The notes under the pieces were generated by a model, which saw only the letters and a program-made list of their open reading frames with translations, was not told the origin of the DNA and made no database searches. From an uncultured Spirochaetales bacterium (GTDB lineage Bacteria > Spirochaetota > Spirochaetia > SZUA-6): a stretch of DNA of 64,000 bases. Where the stretch lies: NCBI GenBank assembly GCA_964596425.1, contig CAZQTC010000007.1, positions 10,294-74,293 of the forward strand, in the 5' to 3' direction. A program made the position numbers and the translations under genes. The number at the start of each line of letters is the position of its first letter. Within the stretch, counting starts at the first letter, position 1. Positions 8,829 to 18,969 of the stretch are shown here, piece by piece.

Positions 8829-10061
8829 CTATTCGTACCTCAGGGCTTCCTGAGGGGGAAGATTTGCAGCCCTCGAGGCGGGATAAAATCCGGAGAGCAG
8901 CCCCGTTACTACGGAGAGTAACAGAGCAATTACTCCTGTAGCCAGATCGATTATAACAGGCCAGCGGGCAAAATGCCCTATTATATATGAGGCAAGAAAA
9001 GAGAGCCCCAAACCAAACAAGCCACCCCCACCACAGAGAAGGAGGGTTTCGATCAAAAACTGAGCCATAATCTGACTCTTCTTGGCACCGAGAGCCTTTC
9101 TTATACCTATCTCTCTGGTCCTCTCTTTTACGGAAACAAGCATTATATTCATAATCCCGATAGCCGCAACGAGAAGGGCAATTCCGGCAAGTATGGCAAC
9201 ACCGGCTGTTACCGAACCTACCACCTTGTTCACCATCTCCAGTTGTGCCTTCATCTCCGTAACAGAAAACTTATCGTATTTTCCATCCCACTTTCCGTGA
9301 TTCCTGGCAAGAACCGCCAACACTTTCTTTCTTACAACTCCGACCTCCGATAAATTTTTAACCTTGGCAAGAACAGTTTTATATCCCCTACGCATAAAAG
9401 AGAACCTCTTAAAGGCCCCTATTGGCACAACCACTACATTGTTGTAAGTCTTATCAGGATCGGAAATGGAAATTGTATCGGTTTTCTCCTTTCTGGCAAG
9501 AACCCCTATAACCTGAAAGGGGGTTCCAAAGGCAATGAAAAACCTTCCAATAGGATTAAACCCCGGAAAAAAGGTGTCAGCCACAAGACTCCCTATTATC
9601 GCAACCTTACTCTGAGCCCTTACCTCCTCATCTGTAAATATCCTTCCAGCCTTTAATTTATACTCCACAAAATTTATATAGTTCCTGTTAGTTCCAACCA
9701 CAGAAATCTTCTTCTCAAGATTTCCTACCCGAACCACCGTACTTGCAGAAACAATAGGAGCAATATCCTCCATTTCCGGAACATGCTCTTCCAGACTGCG
9801 TAAATCACCGTCACTAATGTATTCAATCCTGTAATGGCGTCTCGTTGAATACGCCGTTTCGTAGTTCGGTGATATATATATCGTATTCGCAGACAGACCC
9901 TCAAATTCCTTCATAATGATAGCCTTACCACCGTTACCCGCAGCAATAACCGTAACCACAGAGGCTATTCCAATTACAATACCCAACAGAGTCAAAAATG
10001 TACGAGATTTGTTCGAGGCAATTGCAGAGATGGCTTCGCCGAAGAGAATCTTAAACATCAC
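8829..10061 (-). CDS. ABC transporter permease, MacB/FtsX family (MacB_PCD periplasmic domain + FtsX 4-TM)
   Basis: N-terminal TM, large periplasmic domain, and C-terminal FtsX-type bundle with the ERTREIGIRKALGA motif. It overlaps the upstream permease gene by 4 bp. Confidence 0.8.
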   Translation of the reverse strand: MMFKILFGEAISAIASNKSRTFLTLLGIVIGIASVVTVIAAGNGGKAIIMKEFEGLSANTIYISPNYETAYSTRRHYRIEYISDGDLRSLEEHVPEMEDIAPIVSASTVVRVGNLEKKISVVGTNRNYINFVEYKLKAGRIFTDEEVRAQSKVAIIGSLVADTFFPGFNPIGRFFIAFGTPFQVIGVLARKEKTDTISISDPDKTYNNVVVVPIGAFKRFSFMRRGYKTVLAKVKNLSEVGVVRKKVLAVLARNHGKWDGKYDKFSVTEMKAQLEMVNKVVGSVTAGVAILAGIALLVAAIGIMNIMLVSVKERTREIGIRKALGAKKSQIMAQFLIETLLLCGGGGLFGLGLSFLASYIIGHFARWPVIIDLATGVIALLLSVVTGLLSGFYPASRAANLPPQEALRYE

Positions 10062-11269
10062 TCAATCCTTAAAGCATCTACGGGCATCATTTTCGAGGCC
10101 TTATATGCGGGATATATCCCAAACACAAGTCCTATAAGAGTAGAGATTCCAAGGGCAAACAGTACATAGAGAATGTTCATTAAAAAATTCCACTTTAGTA
10201 TACTGCAGGCCAGTGCTGCTATTCCCACACCAAAAACAACCCCAACTCCACCCCCCAAGAGGCAGAGAGTAATCGCCTCTATCATAAACTGGACAAGGAT
10301 ATCCCGACTGTTAGCCCCCACCGCCATACGTATTCCTATCTCTCGGGTACGCTCTGTAACTGTTACAAGCATTATATTCATAATTCCAAGCCCACCAACT
10401 ACAAGTGAAATAGAGGCTATTACCAGTATCAACATACTTATCACATTAAGTACCCTATCCACAATTTTAATATAAGAATCCATCTTATCTATTCTAAACC
10501 GCTTTTCTCCCCTCAAATATCCGTACCTATTGATAAGATAGTTGTCTATCCTATCTATGGCGTTATCAACATTACTCATAGAATCGAAACGCATAAGATA
10601 GATCCAATATTTTATTTCTCGCCCGCCCCATATAAGTCTTGCCATATAACTTGAGGGAATAAAAATTGTGCTGTTATCGGAACCATCGCTCAAAAAACCC
10701 CTCTCTAACCTTTCGGTTAACCCCACCACGGTATAATCGTGTCCTAGCATACTAATCTGCTTACCGATGGGATCCGTATCCCCGAACAGATCCTCGGCTA
10801 TATCCGGCCTTATAACACAGACTTTCCTGTGTAACCTTATATCCTCGGGAACAAATGCTCTTCCCTTTGCCACTTTTATTGCAAATATCGAAAAATAATC
10901 GGGGCTTACTCCGAAAACAGAAACATCCTCTCCCTTTCCATGGTAACGTACCTTTACCCATCTGTTCAGTATGGTACTCTTGTACACAAGACCGGGCAGA
11001 TACCTATTAAAAAAATCCACATCACTCTCTCTAAGAAGAACCCTGTGCTCTCCCCTTACATAGGCATCCCTATTAGGCCTAACCCAGATAAGATTAGAAC
11101 CAAACTTACCCATTTCTCCCGATATCGAAGTCCTAAAGGACAAACCAACAATAGAAATCGCTATTAAGCTACCAACCCCAAAGTTTATACCAAGCATGGT
11201 GAGAAAAGAACGAATCTTGTTGGAGGCTATAACCTCAAATGTCTGTCGTATACCCTCTGCAATTTTCAT
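10058..11269 (-). CDS. ABC transporter permease, MacB/FtsX family (second, non-identical copy)
   Basis: Same architecture, with the ERTREIGIRMAVGA motif. It is distinct in sequence from the downstream copy, so the permease is likely heterodimeric. Confidence 0.8.
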   Translation of the reverse strand: MKIAEGIRQTFEVIASNKIRSFLTMLGINFGVGSLIAISIVGLSFRTSISGEMGKFGSNLIWVRPNRDAYVRGEHRVLLRESDVDFFNRYLPGLVYKSTILNRWVKVRYHGKGEDVSVFGVSPDYFSIFAIKVAKGRAFVPEDIRLHRKVCVIRPDIAEDLFGDTDPIGKQISMLGHDYTVVGLTERLERGFLSDGSDNSTIFIPSSYMARLIWGGREIKYWIYLMRFDSMSNVDNAIDRIDNYLINRYGYLRGEKRFRIDKMDSYIKIVDRVLNVISMLILVIASISLVVGGLGIMNIMLVTVTERTREIGIRMAVGANSRDILVQFMIEAITLCLLGGGVGVVFGVGIAALACSILKWNFLMNILYVLFALGISTLIGLVFGIYPAYKASKMMPVDALRIE

Positions 11270-11292
11270 CCTTCTCCCTTTACACCAACCAT

Positions 11293-12054
11293 CTACTCAT
11301 GCTTGGAAATAGCCTCTGCCAGAGCATCATTATCCAGATCCGCCACCCTGGACAATTCTTCCTCTGCATCTTTCGGTTTTGATATTCTTTCATCACCTGT
11401 AATAAGTCCATCCTTAAGGTAAACAATTCTACCGGCGTGAAGGGCAATGTCCATCTCATGCGTAACCATAATTATCGTAGCCCCCTCCCTGTGTAATTTC
11501 TGAAATATTGCTATTATGGAGAGCCCCGTCCTGGAATCAAGATTACCGGTGGGCTCATCCGCAAAAATTATACTGGGATTGTTAACAAGAGCCCTGGCAA
11601 TGGCCACACGTTGGCGTTGACCACCGGAAAGTTCATTGGGCTTGTGTTTGGCCCTATGTTCAAGGCCAACGCGTTTAAGCGCATCGAACGCAAGCTGGCG
11701 TCTTTCTCTCTCCCTGAGACCCGCATACACAAGGGGGAGTTCTACATTCCGAAGGGCGGTTATTCTGGGAAGAAGGTTAAAGGTTTGAAAGACAAAACCT
11801 ATCTTTTTATTGCGCAACCTTGCAAGTTCCGTATCGCCCAGGCCAGAAACATCCCTCCCCTCGAGAAAATAACGCCCCTCGGTAGGTCTATCAAGACAGC
11901 CTATTATATTCATCAGTGTCGATTTTCCGGAACCACTCGCTCCCATTATACAGACAAACTCGTGTTCCCTGACCTCCAGGTTAATACCGCGAAGGGCCTC
12001 TACCTCCACCATGCCCATCTTGTAAGTCTTTTTTATATTTTCGAGCCTTATCAT
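11293..12054 (-). CDS. ABC transporter ATP-binding protein, MacB/LolD type
   Basis: Walker [10 protein letters not shown], signature [15 protein letters not shown], Walker [13 protein letters not shown], and H-loop MVTHE. Confidence 0.9.
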   Translation of the reverse strand: MIRLENIKKTYKMGMVEVEALRGINLEVREHEFVCIMGASGSGKSTLMNIIGCLDRPTEGRYFLEGRDVSGLGDTELARLRNKKIGFVFQTFNLLPRITALRNVELPLVYAGLRERERRQLAFDALKRVGLEHRAKHKPNELSGGQRQRVAIARALVNNPSIIFADEPTGNLDSRTGLSIIAIFQKLHREGATIIMVTHEMDIALHAGRIVYLKDGLITGDERISKPKDAEEELSRVADLDNDALAEAISKHE

Positions 12055-13334
12055 TTTTTCTTCTTCTCTTTCACTCTCACAAGTTCACCATCATGAAAGA
12101 GCTTAAGATTCCCTCTAAGAATCATATCACCCACCTTAAGACCGGAAATAACCTCTATCTTTTCCACACCCATGATTCCCGTTTTTATCCCGGTTTTTAC
12201 AAGTTTATAGAGCCCTTCGGACATGCTTGAGTCAGAGTTTTTCATTTTAACAAGCCTATACACAAACTTCTTATTTTTTTCCAAAAAGTACTGATCAATA
12301 CCGATAGCCGGAACGTTACTTTTCTTTTCCACCGTAATGTAGATAGAACAACTAGCGCCCACCTTGGCAAGCCCTTTGGGATCATCTATATCAACATGAA
12401 CCTCACACACCCTGGAATCTCCAATATTTCTAATAACGGGAGCAATGTAAGAAACCCTACCCGTAAGTGCCGAGTTTATAAAGGTATCAGATTCTATCCT
12501 CACCCTTTGATTCAATCCAACATACCCGATATCAACCTCATCTATGTTAACCACAACCTCGAGATCCCTTGTATCCTGGACCACCGCTACAGAAGAACCA
12601 ACCCCAACTACAATTCCCTCCTCAACCTTAAGCCTGGTCACAACCCCGGAAATTGGGCTTTTGATGGTACAGTTTTTAAGATCTTCCTCTATGGAGTTAA
12701 GATTATCAATTGCATGTCTTACCTCGGATGAGTTTTCTATTATTTCAGCGTCACTCGGAGGAGGGGTTTTTCTGGAATCATTTATGCTCCTACCCTCACG
12801 AAGATTCAGACGCTGAAGAGCAGAGATATAACTGTCCCGAGCAATTTCATACCTATCCCGTGCATCGGCAAGTTGTTCATCACTGGCAGACTGGATCTTA
12901 TAGAGGGCCTTAACACTCTCGTAATTTCTCTTTGCCTGCTCAAGATTGGCTTTCGCTTGCCTAAAGGCAACTCGCAGGTTTAGCAGCTCTTCCTTAACAG
13001 AGTTTCTAGCACTCCTAAGGGAGGAGAGGGCCTGTCGTTTTCTAATTAATAGCTTCTCTTTATCCAGAAGGACAAGGATATCCCCCTTGCGGACAACCGA
13101 GCCCTCTTTAACAAGCACCCTACTTACCGTTCCGCTAACCTTGGCTACAACCACCGCACGCTTCTTACTTCTTATTTCTCCGTTTGCAGATACCTCCCTG
13201 GAGAGATTAGCAGTAGCAACCCTCGTAAAATCAACAATGGGATAATGTTTTTTTCTCTTTGATATAATCCCTCCGACAACCATTAGTACTATCAAAATCA
13301 AAACTACAAAGAACCCTATTCTTTTTTTTGTCAT
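12051..13334 (-). CDS. HlyD/MacA-family periplasmic adaptor (membrane fusion protein)
   Basis: N-terminal TM anchor, long coiled-coil region, and beta-barrel/lipoyl-like segments. It overlaps the ATPase gene by 4 bp. Confidence 0.8.
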   Translation of the reverse strand: MTKKRIGFFVVLILIVLMVVGGIISKRKKHYPIVDFTRVATANLSREVSANGEIRSKKRAVVVAKVSGTVSRVLVKEGSVVRKGDILVLLDKEKLLIRKRQALSSLRSARNSVKEELLNLRVAFRQAKANLEQAKRNYESVKALYKIQSASDEQLADARDRYEIARDSYISALQRLNLREGRSINDSRKTPPPSDAEIIENSSEVRHAIDNLNSIEEDLKNCTIKSPISGVVTRLKVEEGIVVGVGSSVAVVQDTRDLEVVVNIDEVDIGYVGLNQRVRIESDTFINSALTGRVSYIAPVIRNIGDSRVCEVHVDIDDPKGLAKVGASCSIYITVEKKSNVPAIGIDQYFLEKNKKFVYRLVKMKNSDSSMSEGLYKLVKTGIKTGIMGVEKIEVISGLKVGDMILRGNLKLFHDGELVRVKEKKKK

Positions 13335-13390
13335 CTATACCTTCCCCTTCGATAATTTTCCGAGTAATGTTTTAGCCTCCTTCAACCCAT

Positions 13391-14911
13391 CTAACCTCCG
13401 TATTTACTCTCCAGAACAGAAAGTAAGTCCCTGCCCAACAAAACCAGAATATTCAAATATTCCCTGTTAAGTTCCATCCTATAGTTTAAGAGCTCTAGTT
13501 TTGCATTTTCGAGTTCCATATTGTACCCATTCAAATTACTCTGTGTTATTCTTCCCAGGTTGAAATCTGTCTTTGCCTTTTTGTACTCCATCTCTGCGAT
13601 TTTGAGATTGAGTTTTGCATATTCATAGAGCTTCCTGTTTTCTTCCATCTTACCAAAGAGATCCTCCAGACTGTTCCTAATCTCCCGTTTTTGCGCCTCC
13701 AACCTATACCTGGTAGCCTCTATACCAGCCTTCGTCGCCTTTAACCGTGCATCAAAACTGCCGGCATCGAAGAGTTTCGCAGATAGGGTTATACTTCCAC
13801 TTAACACCGGAGAAGAATTGTCATTAAAAGAATTTTCCAGAGCAACTTTGAGATCGGTGCCGGAAGCGGCAGTGGTGGAAAATCGCACCCCACCCGACAC
13901 TGTTACAACCGGAGCTCTACCTAATTTTGTTTTTATAAGATTATCTTCGGCAATTTTCAGATTGTAGGTTGAAACAGCAAGATTAATATTCTCCGAAAGG
14001 GCTCTCTCTATAACCTCTTTTCGTTTACTAAGAAGGGAATAATCACAGAGATCCTCTATACCTGTGCTTACAACCACATCTCCTGGAAATCCATACTCCT
14101 CACAAAATCTCTCCTTCATAACGGCAAAACTCTTCTTTGCCTCCTCCCAATCAATCCTCGCCTTGTAAAAAGAGGCCTCTGCCTTAAGCAATTCCAATCT
14201 GGAAACCTTTCCCAATCTATACCGTTTCCTCGTAGTCTCGTAACTCGCTCTGGCGTTATTAAACCTAAAGGCAACAAACTGTTCCTTGCTCTTTAAAAAC
14301 TTAAGGTTAAAGTACTCGTTTATAAGATTTAGAACCTCACTATTCAGCCGGGAGAGATAATTCTTCTCCGCTATTTTCAAATTATTAGCGGCAATTCTTT
14401 TACCTGCTCCATAGGCATCCTCAAAAAAAATAGGCTGAGAAAGTGTTAAGCCTATCTCCGGGGTATTATCATACCTTGCCCCTGTCCCCCCAAGAGCATC
14501 GGATAGGATTTCCGGGGTTATAGAACCATTTGAGGTAACACTTAGGGTATCCTTAAGGGTCAAACTAAGTGTTCCACCAGTTGGGAGGTACTGATTAACA
14601 GAGAGGCCAGGTGTAATACTCCAGCTCTTAGCATTTTCAATCGTATAATCAGTACCCAAATAGCTTCCCTCTGTTTTCGTATTATTAACTACAGAAAGAG
14701 ACATATCGGTACTAACACTGGGGTACAAACTTGAAATGTACTCCACATAACTTGCCCTGGCAGATTCGAGAGATAAACATGTGGCTTCAAAATTAGGAGA
14801 GTGCTCTTTAAACCTCTCCAGGAGAGTAGAAAGATTCAGCTCTGCCTCCGAAAAGACACCAATACCAGAAAGGCAAAAACCAAAGAGAAGAACCCCCCAA
14901 AATCTCTTCAT
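13391..14911 (-). CDS. TolC-like outer-membrane efflux protein (OMF)
   Basis: Signal peptide starting at the internal Met (MKRFWGVLLFGFCLSGIGVFS). Two long coiled-coil/beta repeats typical of outer-membrane factors. It is the first gene of the tolC-hlyD-macB-ftsX-ftsX operon. Confidence 0.7.
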   Translation of the reverse strand: MKRFWGVLLFGFCLSGIGVFSEAELNLSTLLERFKEHSPNFEATCLSLESARASYVEYISSLYPSVSTDMSLSVVNNTKTEGSYLGTDYTIENAKSWSITPGLSVNQYLPTGGTLSLTLKDTLSVTSNGSITPEILSDALGGTGARYDNTPEIGLTLSQPIFFEDAYGAGKRIAANNLKIAEKNYLSRLNSEVLNLINEYFNLKFLKSKEQFVAFRFNNARASYETTRKRYRLGKVSRLELLKAEASFYKARIDWEEAKKSFAVMKERFCEEYGFPGDVVVSTGIEDLCDYSLLSKRKEVIERALSENINLAVSTYNLKIAEDNLIKTKLGRAPVVTVSGGVRFSTTAASGTDLKVALENSFNDNSSPVLSGSITLSAKLFDAGSFDARLKATKAGIEATRYRLEAQKREIRNSLEDLFGKMEENRKLYEYAKLNLKIAEMEYKKAKTDFNLGRITQSNLNGYNMELENAKLELLNYRMELNREYLNILVLLGRDLLSVLESKYGG

Positions 14912-14927
14912 ACCCTTCACCCAATTC

Positions 14928-15683
14928 CTACACGAAGAAGAGAGAAACCAACCCCGGAACGGCAGAAACAATCCCAAAAGTTATCACTATGCCTAGAGCC
15001 CGATTTGATCGAATTTTGCCAGCCGCCACAAGGCCATAGTATACTAACACAAAGTAGAGGATATTAAAAATATTGGTAAAGTAATCAATAAGATAAAACG
15101 GAAACTTTCCTAGGGCTGTACGATTAAAAAACGCAGCAATGCTAAGGTTGGTTTTAACGGCGTCACCCAACTCCATTACATTGGTAGCGGATGCTACAGC
15201 CCCCTTCCAATCGGAAAAGTACACGATTAGCCCGCTTACAACTCCCCCCACTACGGTAACAATGGCAGAAAACACAACAATTCGAAATAGGAGTTTGTAC
15301 GAAATCTCTCCTCCCCTAAAAATCTTTACAAGCAGCCATAGAACAAAAGCTCCCACATAAAATGTAACAAGATACACAATGATACTGCCAGCATAGGCCG
15401 AAACAATAGTGATTGTCCTGGTTACACCACTCTCAGCACCCCTTCTGGCCTGCTCCATAGAGATATTCATACCCTTTGCCTTCATCTTTGCCAGCTGCAG
15501 CGAAATGCTTTTATCCAGATAGACCTTGCTCGTTGTAATAGGGACTACAAAACTTACAGCCACCAGGGCCAAAATTAAGATAAAAACAATAGGAACAAAC
15601 ACCTTTGTATTCTCATTCACATCCCGAAATCCCTCCGATGGACTTGCAAGGATTTTCTTCCAGATCAAAAGAGATTTAAACAT
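14928..15683 (-). CDS. Yip1-domain integral membrane protein
   Basis: Five predicted TM helices after a short soluble N-terminus, with a general Yip1/YIF1-like pattern. GGGGAG RBS upstream. The call is by architecture only. Confidence 0.45.
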   Translation of the reverse strand: MFKSLLIWKKILASPSEGFRDVNENTKVFVPIVFILILALVAVSFVVPITTSKVYLDKSISLQLAKMKAKGMNISMEQARRGAESGVTRTITIVSAYAGSIIVYLVTFYVGAFVLWLLVKIFRGGEISYKLLFRIVVFSAIVTVVGGVVSGLIVYFSDWKGAVASATNVMELGDAVKTNLSIAAFFNRTALGKFPFYLIDYFTNIFNILYFVLVYYGLVAAGKIRSNRALGIVITFGIVSAVPGLVSLFFV

Positions 15684-16374
15684 ATCTCCCCCTTCGTTTT
15701 CTATTTTTTCTATTTTTTCGCAATGATTTCGCTTAAATATACAACTTTGAGAATGAAATATTCAAATCGGAAACCTCAAACCACACTTAATCACGCGGTG
15801 AACGAAGTAATAAAAATAAATAGAGACGACCTGCGATTGATTGTGATCCTTAACGACGGAAAAAACGAAAACGTAAAAAAGGGTCATGGGAGTAAAATAA
15901 CGCTTAAAAACTAAAAAAGCATCTCTCCTATTCTAAAATCCCCGTGTACACAGTGGGATACGGTTATATGGGCAAACTACACAGATACAAGGGGCTTCCC
16001 AAAAACGGGAGGTTTCTCTTCTTACTGAGACAAAACAACGAATACAGACACTACTACGGCGGAAACTCCGTTTCGATCACAAATACCAGGAGTATTAATT
16101 AGGAAGCAATTCCATGTTTCCTACCCACCTTCCATAAAATTTCTTATCCTGTTTTAAAAAGAGGTTCCAAGCCCCCAAAGTTAACTATCAAATCCAAAAG
16201 TTAGGGTTTTTCACCTTTAAGTTACTCCTTCAGCCATGTCTTCTATCATTTTTGATATATCACAGATGATACTACCAACAGAAAAATGCAACTCCCAACT
16301 TTCCCCGCGAGCCAAATAACGTTTATTTGCTTATCACACAAATAATTATATATCATCAATTCCAGTCAAACAAA

Positions 16375-16390
16375 TGGCACATAAGTTGCT
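16375..16390 (+). promoter_or_regulatory. Near-consensus sigma-54 (-24/-12) promoter TGGCAC-N5-TTGCT
   Basis: TGGCACATAAGTTGCT. GG and GC are separated by exactly 10 nt. It lies 57 bp upstream of the OMP / small protein / HK / NtrC-like operon. Confidence 0.6.
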
Positions 16391-16446
16391 TATTAACACA
16401 TGAATAAAAACAAGATTTATTCTATACTAATTTTTAGGAGGTCAAC

Positions 16447-17187
16447 ATGAAAAGACTAACAATTCTAACGGTAGTAATGCTATCCTTACTGGCTGGCGTT
16501 ACATTCGCAGAATTCCCTGGTATCAGTAAATGGGGAGCCATAGGCGGGGGATTTGGATACACCGGATTTATGGTAACCTATTCGGATACATCAACCCTAA
16601 ACTCCTTTCTAAAAGCCAACGGATACTCTGCGATTGACAATTTCGACTATTCCTTCGGAGGGGGGGGAGGCTCCGTAATAAACAATTTCTACATAGGGGG
16701 TTCCGGATTTGGAAGCATTCTATCCCAAACCTCAGATAATGCCTCCGGCAATACGTATCTCAAGAGAGAAACCGGAGGAGGAGGACTTGAGTTCGGATAT
16801 GTCTTACTACACCTAAAGAATTACCTCTTTCTCCCAATAGCGGGTTACACATGGGGATCAACAACCTACAAGGTGTACAACACCACGGCAACATCCACAG
16901 ATTTTCAAACTCTACTTACACAACCGGGGAATATGTCAGAGATAAAAAATTCCAAATTTTCCCTAAACGTAGCACTCTTAAACATTATAATGTTCAGGGG
17001 TATGGGCTTATACGTAAAACTCGGTTACTCCTTTACACCGGTAAGCACGTGGAGTTTGGACGGATACAGCGGACACATTACAAATACCCCACAGGAGAGT
17101 CCCCACTCGGTATTTATCTCGGCGGGGTTACTCTTCGGCGGAATGAAATCAACGAAGGAGTACAATGTAAAGGTCGAAAAAAAATAG
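16447..17187 (+). CDS. Secreted Gly/aromatic-rich protein, putative outer-membrane beta-barrel
   Basis: GGAGG RBS. Signal peptide MKRLTILTVVMLSLLAGVTFA. Alternating hydrophobic/Gly-rich strands (FGYTGFMVTY, GGGLEFGYVLL). No recognisable family. Confidence 0.45.
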   Translation: MKRLTILTVVMLSLLAGVTFAEFPGISKWGAIGGGFGYTGFMVTYSDTSTLNSFLKANGYSAIDNFDYSFGGGGGSVINNFYIGGSGFGSILSQTSDNASGNTYLKRETGGGGLEFGYVLLHLKNYLFLPIAGYTWGSTTYKVYNTTATSTDFQTLLTQPGNMSEIKNSKFSLNVALLNIIMFRGMGLYVKLGYSFTPVSTWSLDGYSGHITNTPQESPHSVFISAGLLFGGMKSTKEYNVKVEKK

Positions 17188-17216
17188 GTCGGTCTGTACA
17201 ATATTGAAAGGGGGTA

Positions 17217-17750
17217 TTGACTAGCAAGATGTTTTCTTCAATTACTACAGCAATCAGTAACTATGCCCGGGTAATCTTTGCCGTACTCGGTCTTGTGAGT
17301 CTCTACCCCAATGTAGAAATTAACAACGTACGTGCGATAGAAAAACGAGGAGCAATTTATGCACAATTCACAACCAGATCCCTGATTAACGAGTACTTAC
17401 TACAGATAATAGATTCGGGTATCGATATATACTACAGCGTAGAGGCAACAACGTACCTGACAACCAAAGGAAGGGAACGCGAAATATACAGAAATATCCT
17501 TATAAAAAGAATCTCTCACAGGGGGAATAGCTACATCTTGGACAATGAAGGTTTCAGATCCTGGAAAAAACTTCTAACCGTACTGAACACCAATTCCATT
17601 CTTATCCTCCCCGCCGAAAAGAGAGTGCGGGGGGGAACAATTAAAACAACAATAGTGCTAAAAATATTCTCCGATGCTGTTCCTGATCTTATGAACTTAT
17701 GGGGCAATAAGCCCAATATCGTGTTAAACTATAGGATAAATGAGAGTTAG
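17217..17750 (+). CDS. Small membrane-anchored protein of unknown function (DUF4390-like by size and context)
   Basis: One N-terminal TM (VIFAVLGLVSLY). About 177 aa. It overlaps the downstream kinase gene by 11 bp. The family assignment is tentative and from memory of TCS-adjacent DUF4390 genes. Confidence 0.35.
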   Translation: MTSKMFSSITTAISNYARVIFAVLGLVSLYPNVEINNVRAIEKRGAIYAQFTTRSLINEYLLQIIDSGIDIYYSVEATTYLTTKGREREIYRNILIKRISHRGNSYILDNEGFRSWKKLLTVLNTNSILILPAEKRVRGGTIKTTIVLKIFSDAVPDLMNLWGNKPNIVLNYRINES

Positions 17751-18969
17751 GTTTATCGTCGTACTATTTTTATCAATGCTGCTCATATTAAGTTCTTCCA
17801 TCATAATTACCTACAGGGCAATCGGAAAAACTCAGGAGAGTGTAAAAGGAAACCTCTTAAACAATCTCCTCTCAAGATACAAAGACAACCCGGAGATGAA
17901 AAAATCCATAGAGATATACCTTGCCTTTTCCCAAAAAAGAGCCGTGGAAATAACGAGGGATTCTCTCACCTACTATTCAATTGTACTATTTATAATGGGT
18001 ATTCTATTTGTCTTCTCTATCTTTGCCATAACCCGACCGATAAAACGGCTTTCTAACAAGGTAAATCTAATCCTGCACGACAACAAAACAATGAACGAAA
18101 TTTTACGGGGCAGGTTTAAACCAAAGGGTTCGTACGAGGTGAAACAACTGTACATAGCATTCGACAAACTGGTAAGGGATATAAAAGAGTACGAGGAAAT
18201 AGTGGGTGACAGAGAACGCTACAGAGGATGGAAAGAGATAGCAAGAATCATCGTTCACGAGATTAATAACCTAATCTCACCTATAGAAACCTACTCCGGC
18301 TATCTTCTCGAGACACTCCCCCAATCCGTATCCCACGTAACCCCCAAGGTAAGAGCAATTCTATCAAAGATAGAAGAGATAAGAGAAACCCTGGGGAAAT
18401 TTAGAGACCTTGCCCATCTACCAGAACCCCGGATTAGAGAGGTTAATCTATACAAACTTACCCACGACATAGTGGAAGAGTTTAAGGGGGTAGAGTTTGC
18501 ACCGGCGTTCGCATCATCAAAAGAATCCTTTCCCTATGTAGAGGAAAATGATTTTATAGTCAACACAGACCCGCTCCTATTTGGCGAAATTCTTAGAAAT
18601 ATAGTAAAAAACGCGGTAGAAAGCACCTTCCCTTCCACAACGAGCAATTCATTCGAAGGTTCGTCAGGGGAAAGAGAAAAGGAATCCCCCCGTGTAACAG
18701 TAACAATACAGAAAAAGGAGAACACAGTGAGGCTAGAGGTAACTGACAACGGACCCGGGATTCCGGAAAATATCAGAGACAAGATATTCACTCCCGGATT
18801 TTCCACAAAGGCGGGCAATATAGGAATAGGCCTCTCTCTGGTAAAGAGCCTATCCGAACAGTTAGGAATAGAGATAAAACTAGAGAGCAATCGGGGTGAG
18901 GGGACAAAATTCCTTATAGACTTGCAAACATCGATTTCCCAAAAACAAAAAAAACAGAGGGAAATATGA
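17740..18969 (+). CDS. Membrane sensor histidine kinase (2 TM, small periplasmic loop, HisKA + HATPase_c)
   Basis: Two TM segments flank a ~45-aa loop. H-box IVHEINNLISPI. N-box NIVKNAVEST. G1 DNGPGIP. G2 GIGLSLVKSL. Confidence 0.85.
   Translation: MRVRFIVVLFLSMLLILSSSIIITYRAIGKTQESVKGNLLNNLLSRYKDNPEMKKSIEIYLAFSQKRAVEITRDSLTYYSIVLFIMGILFVFSIFAITRPIKRLSNKVNLILHDNKTMNEILRGRFKPKGSYEVKQLYIAFDKLVRDIKEYEEIVGDRERYRGWKEIARIIVHEINNLISPIETYSGYLLETLPQSVSHVTPKVRAILSKIEEIRETLGKFRDLAHLPEPRIREVNLYKLTHDIVEEFKGVEFAPAFASSKESFPYVEENDFIVNTDPLLFGEILRNIVKNAVESTFPSTTSNSFEGSSGEREKESPRVTVTIQKKENTVRLEVTDNGPGIPENIRDKIFTPGFSTKAGNIGIGLSLVKSLSEQLGIEIKLESNRGEGTKFLIDLQTSISQKQKKQREI

Noticed and set aside
15723-15914. 63-aa ORF inside the long intergenic region
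   Set aside because: There is no convincing RBS or motif. It is kept only as part of the finding on the long non-coding stretch and is not called as a gene.
16851-17207. 118-aa ORF overlapping the OMP gene in another frame
   Set aside because: It overlaps a gene that has RBS plus signal peptide support. It has no motif of its own.
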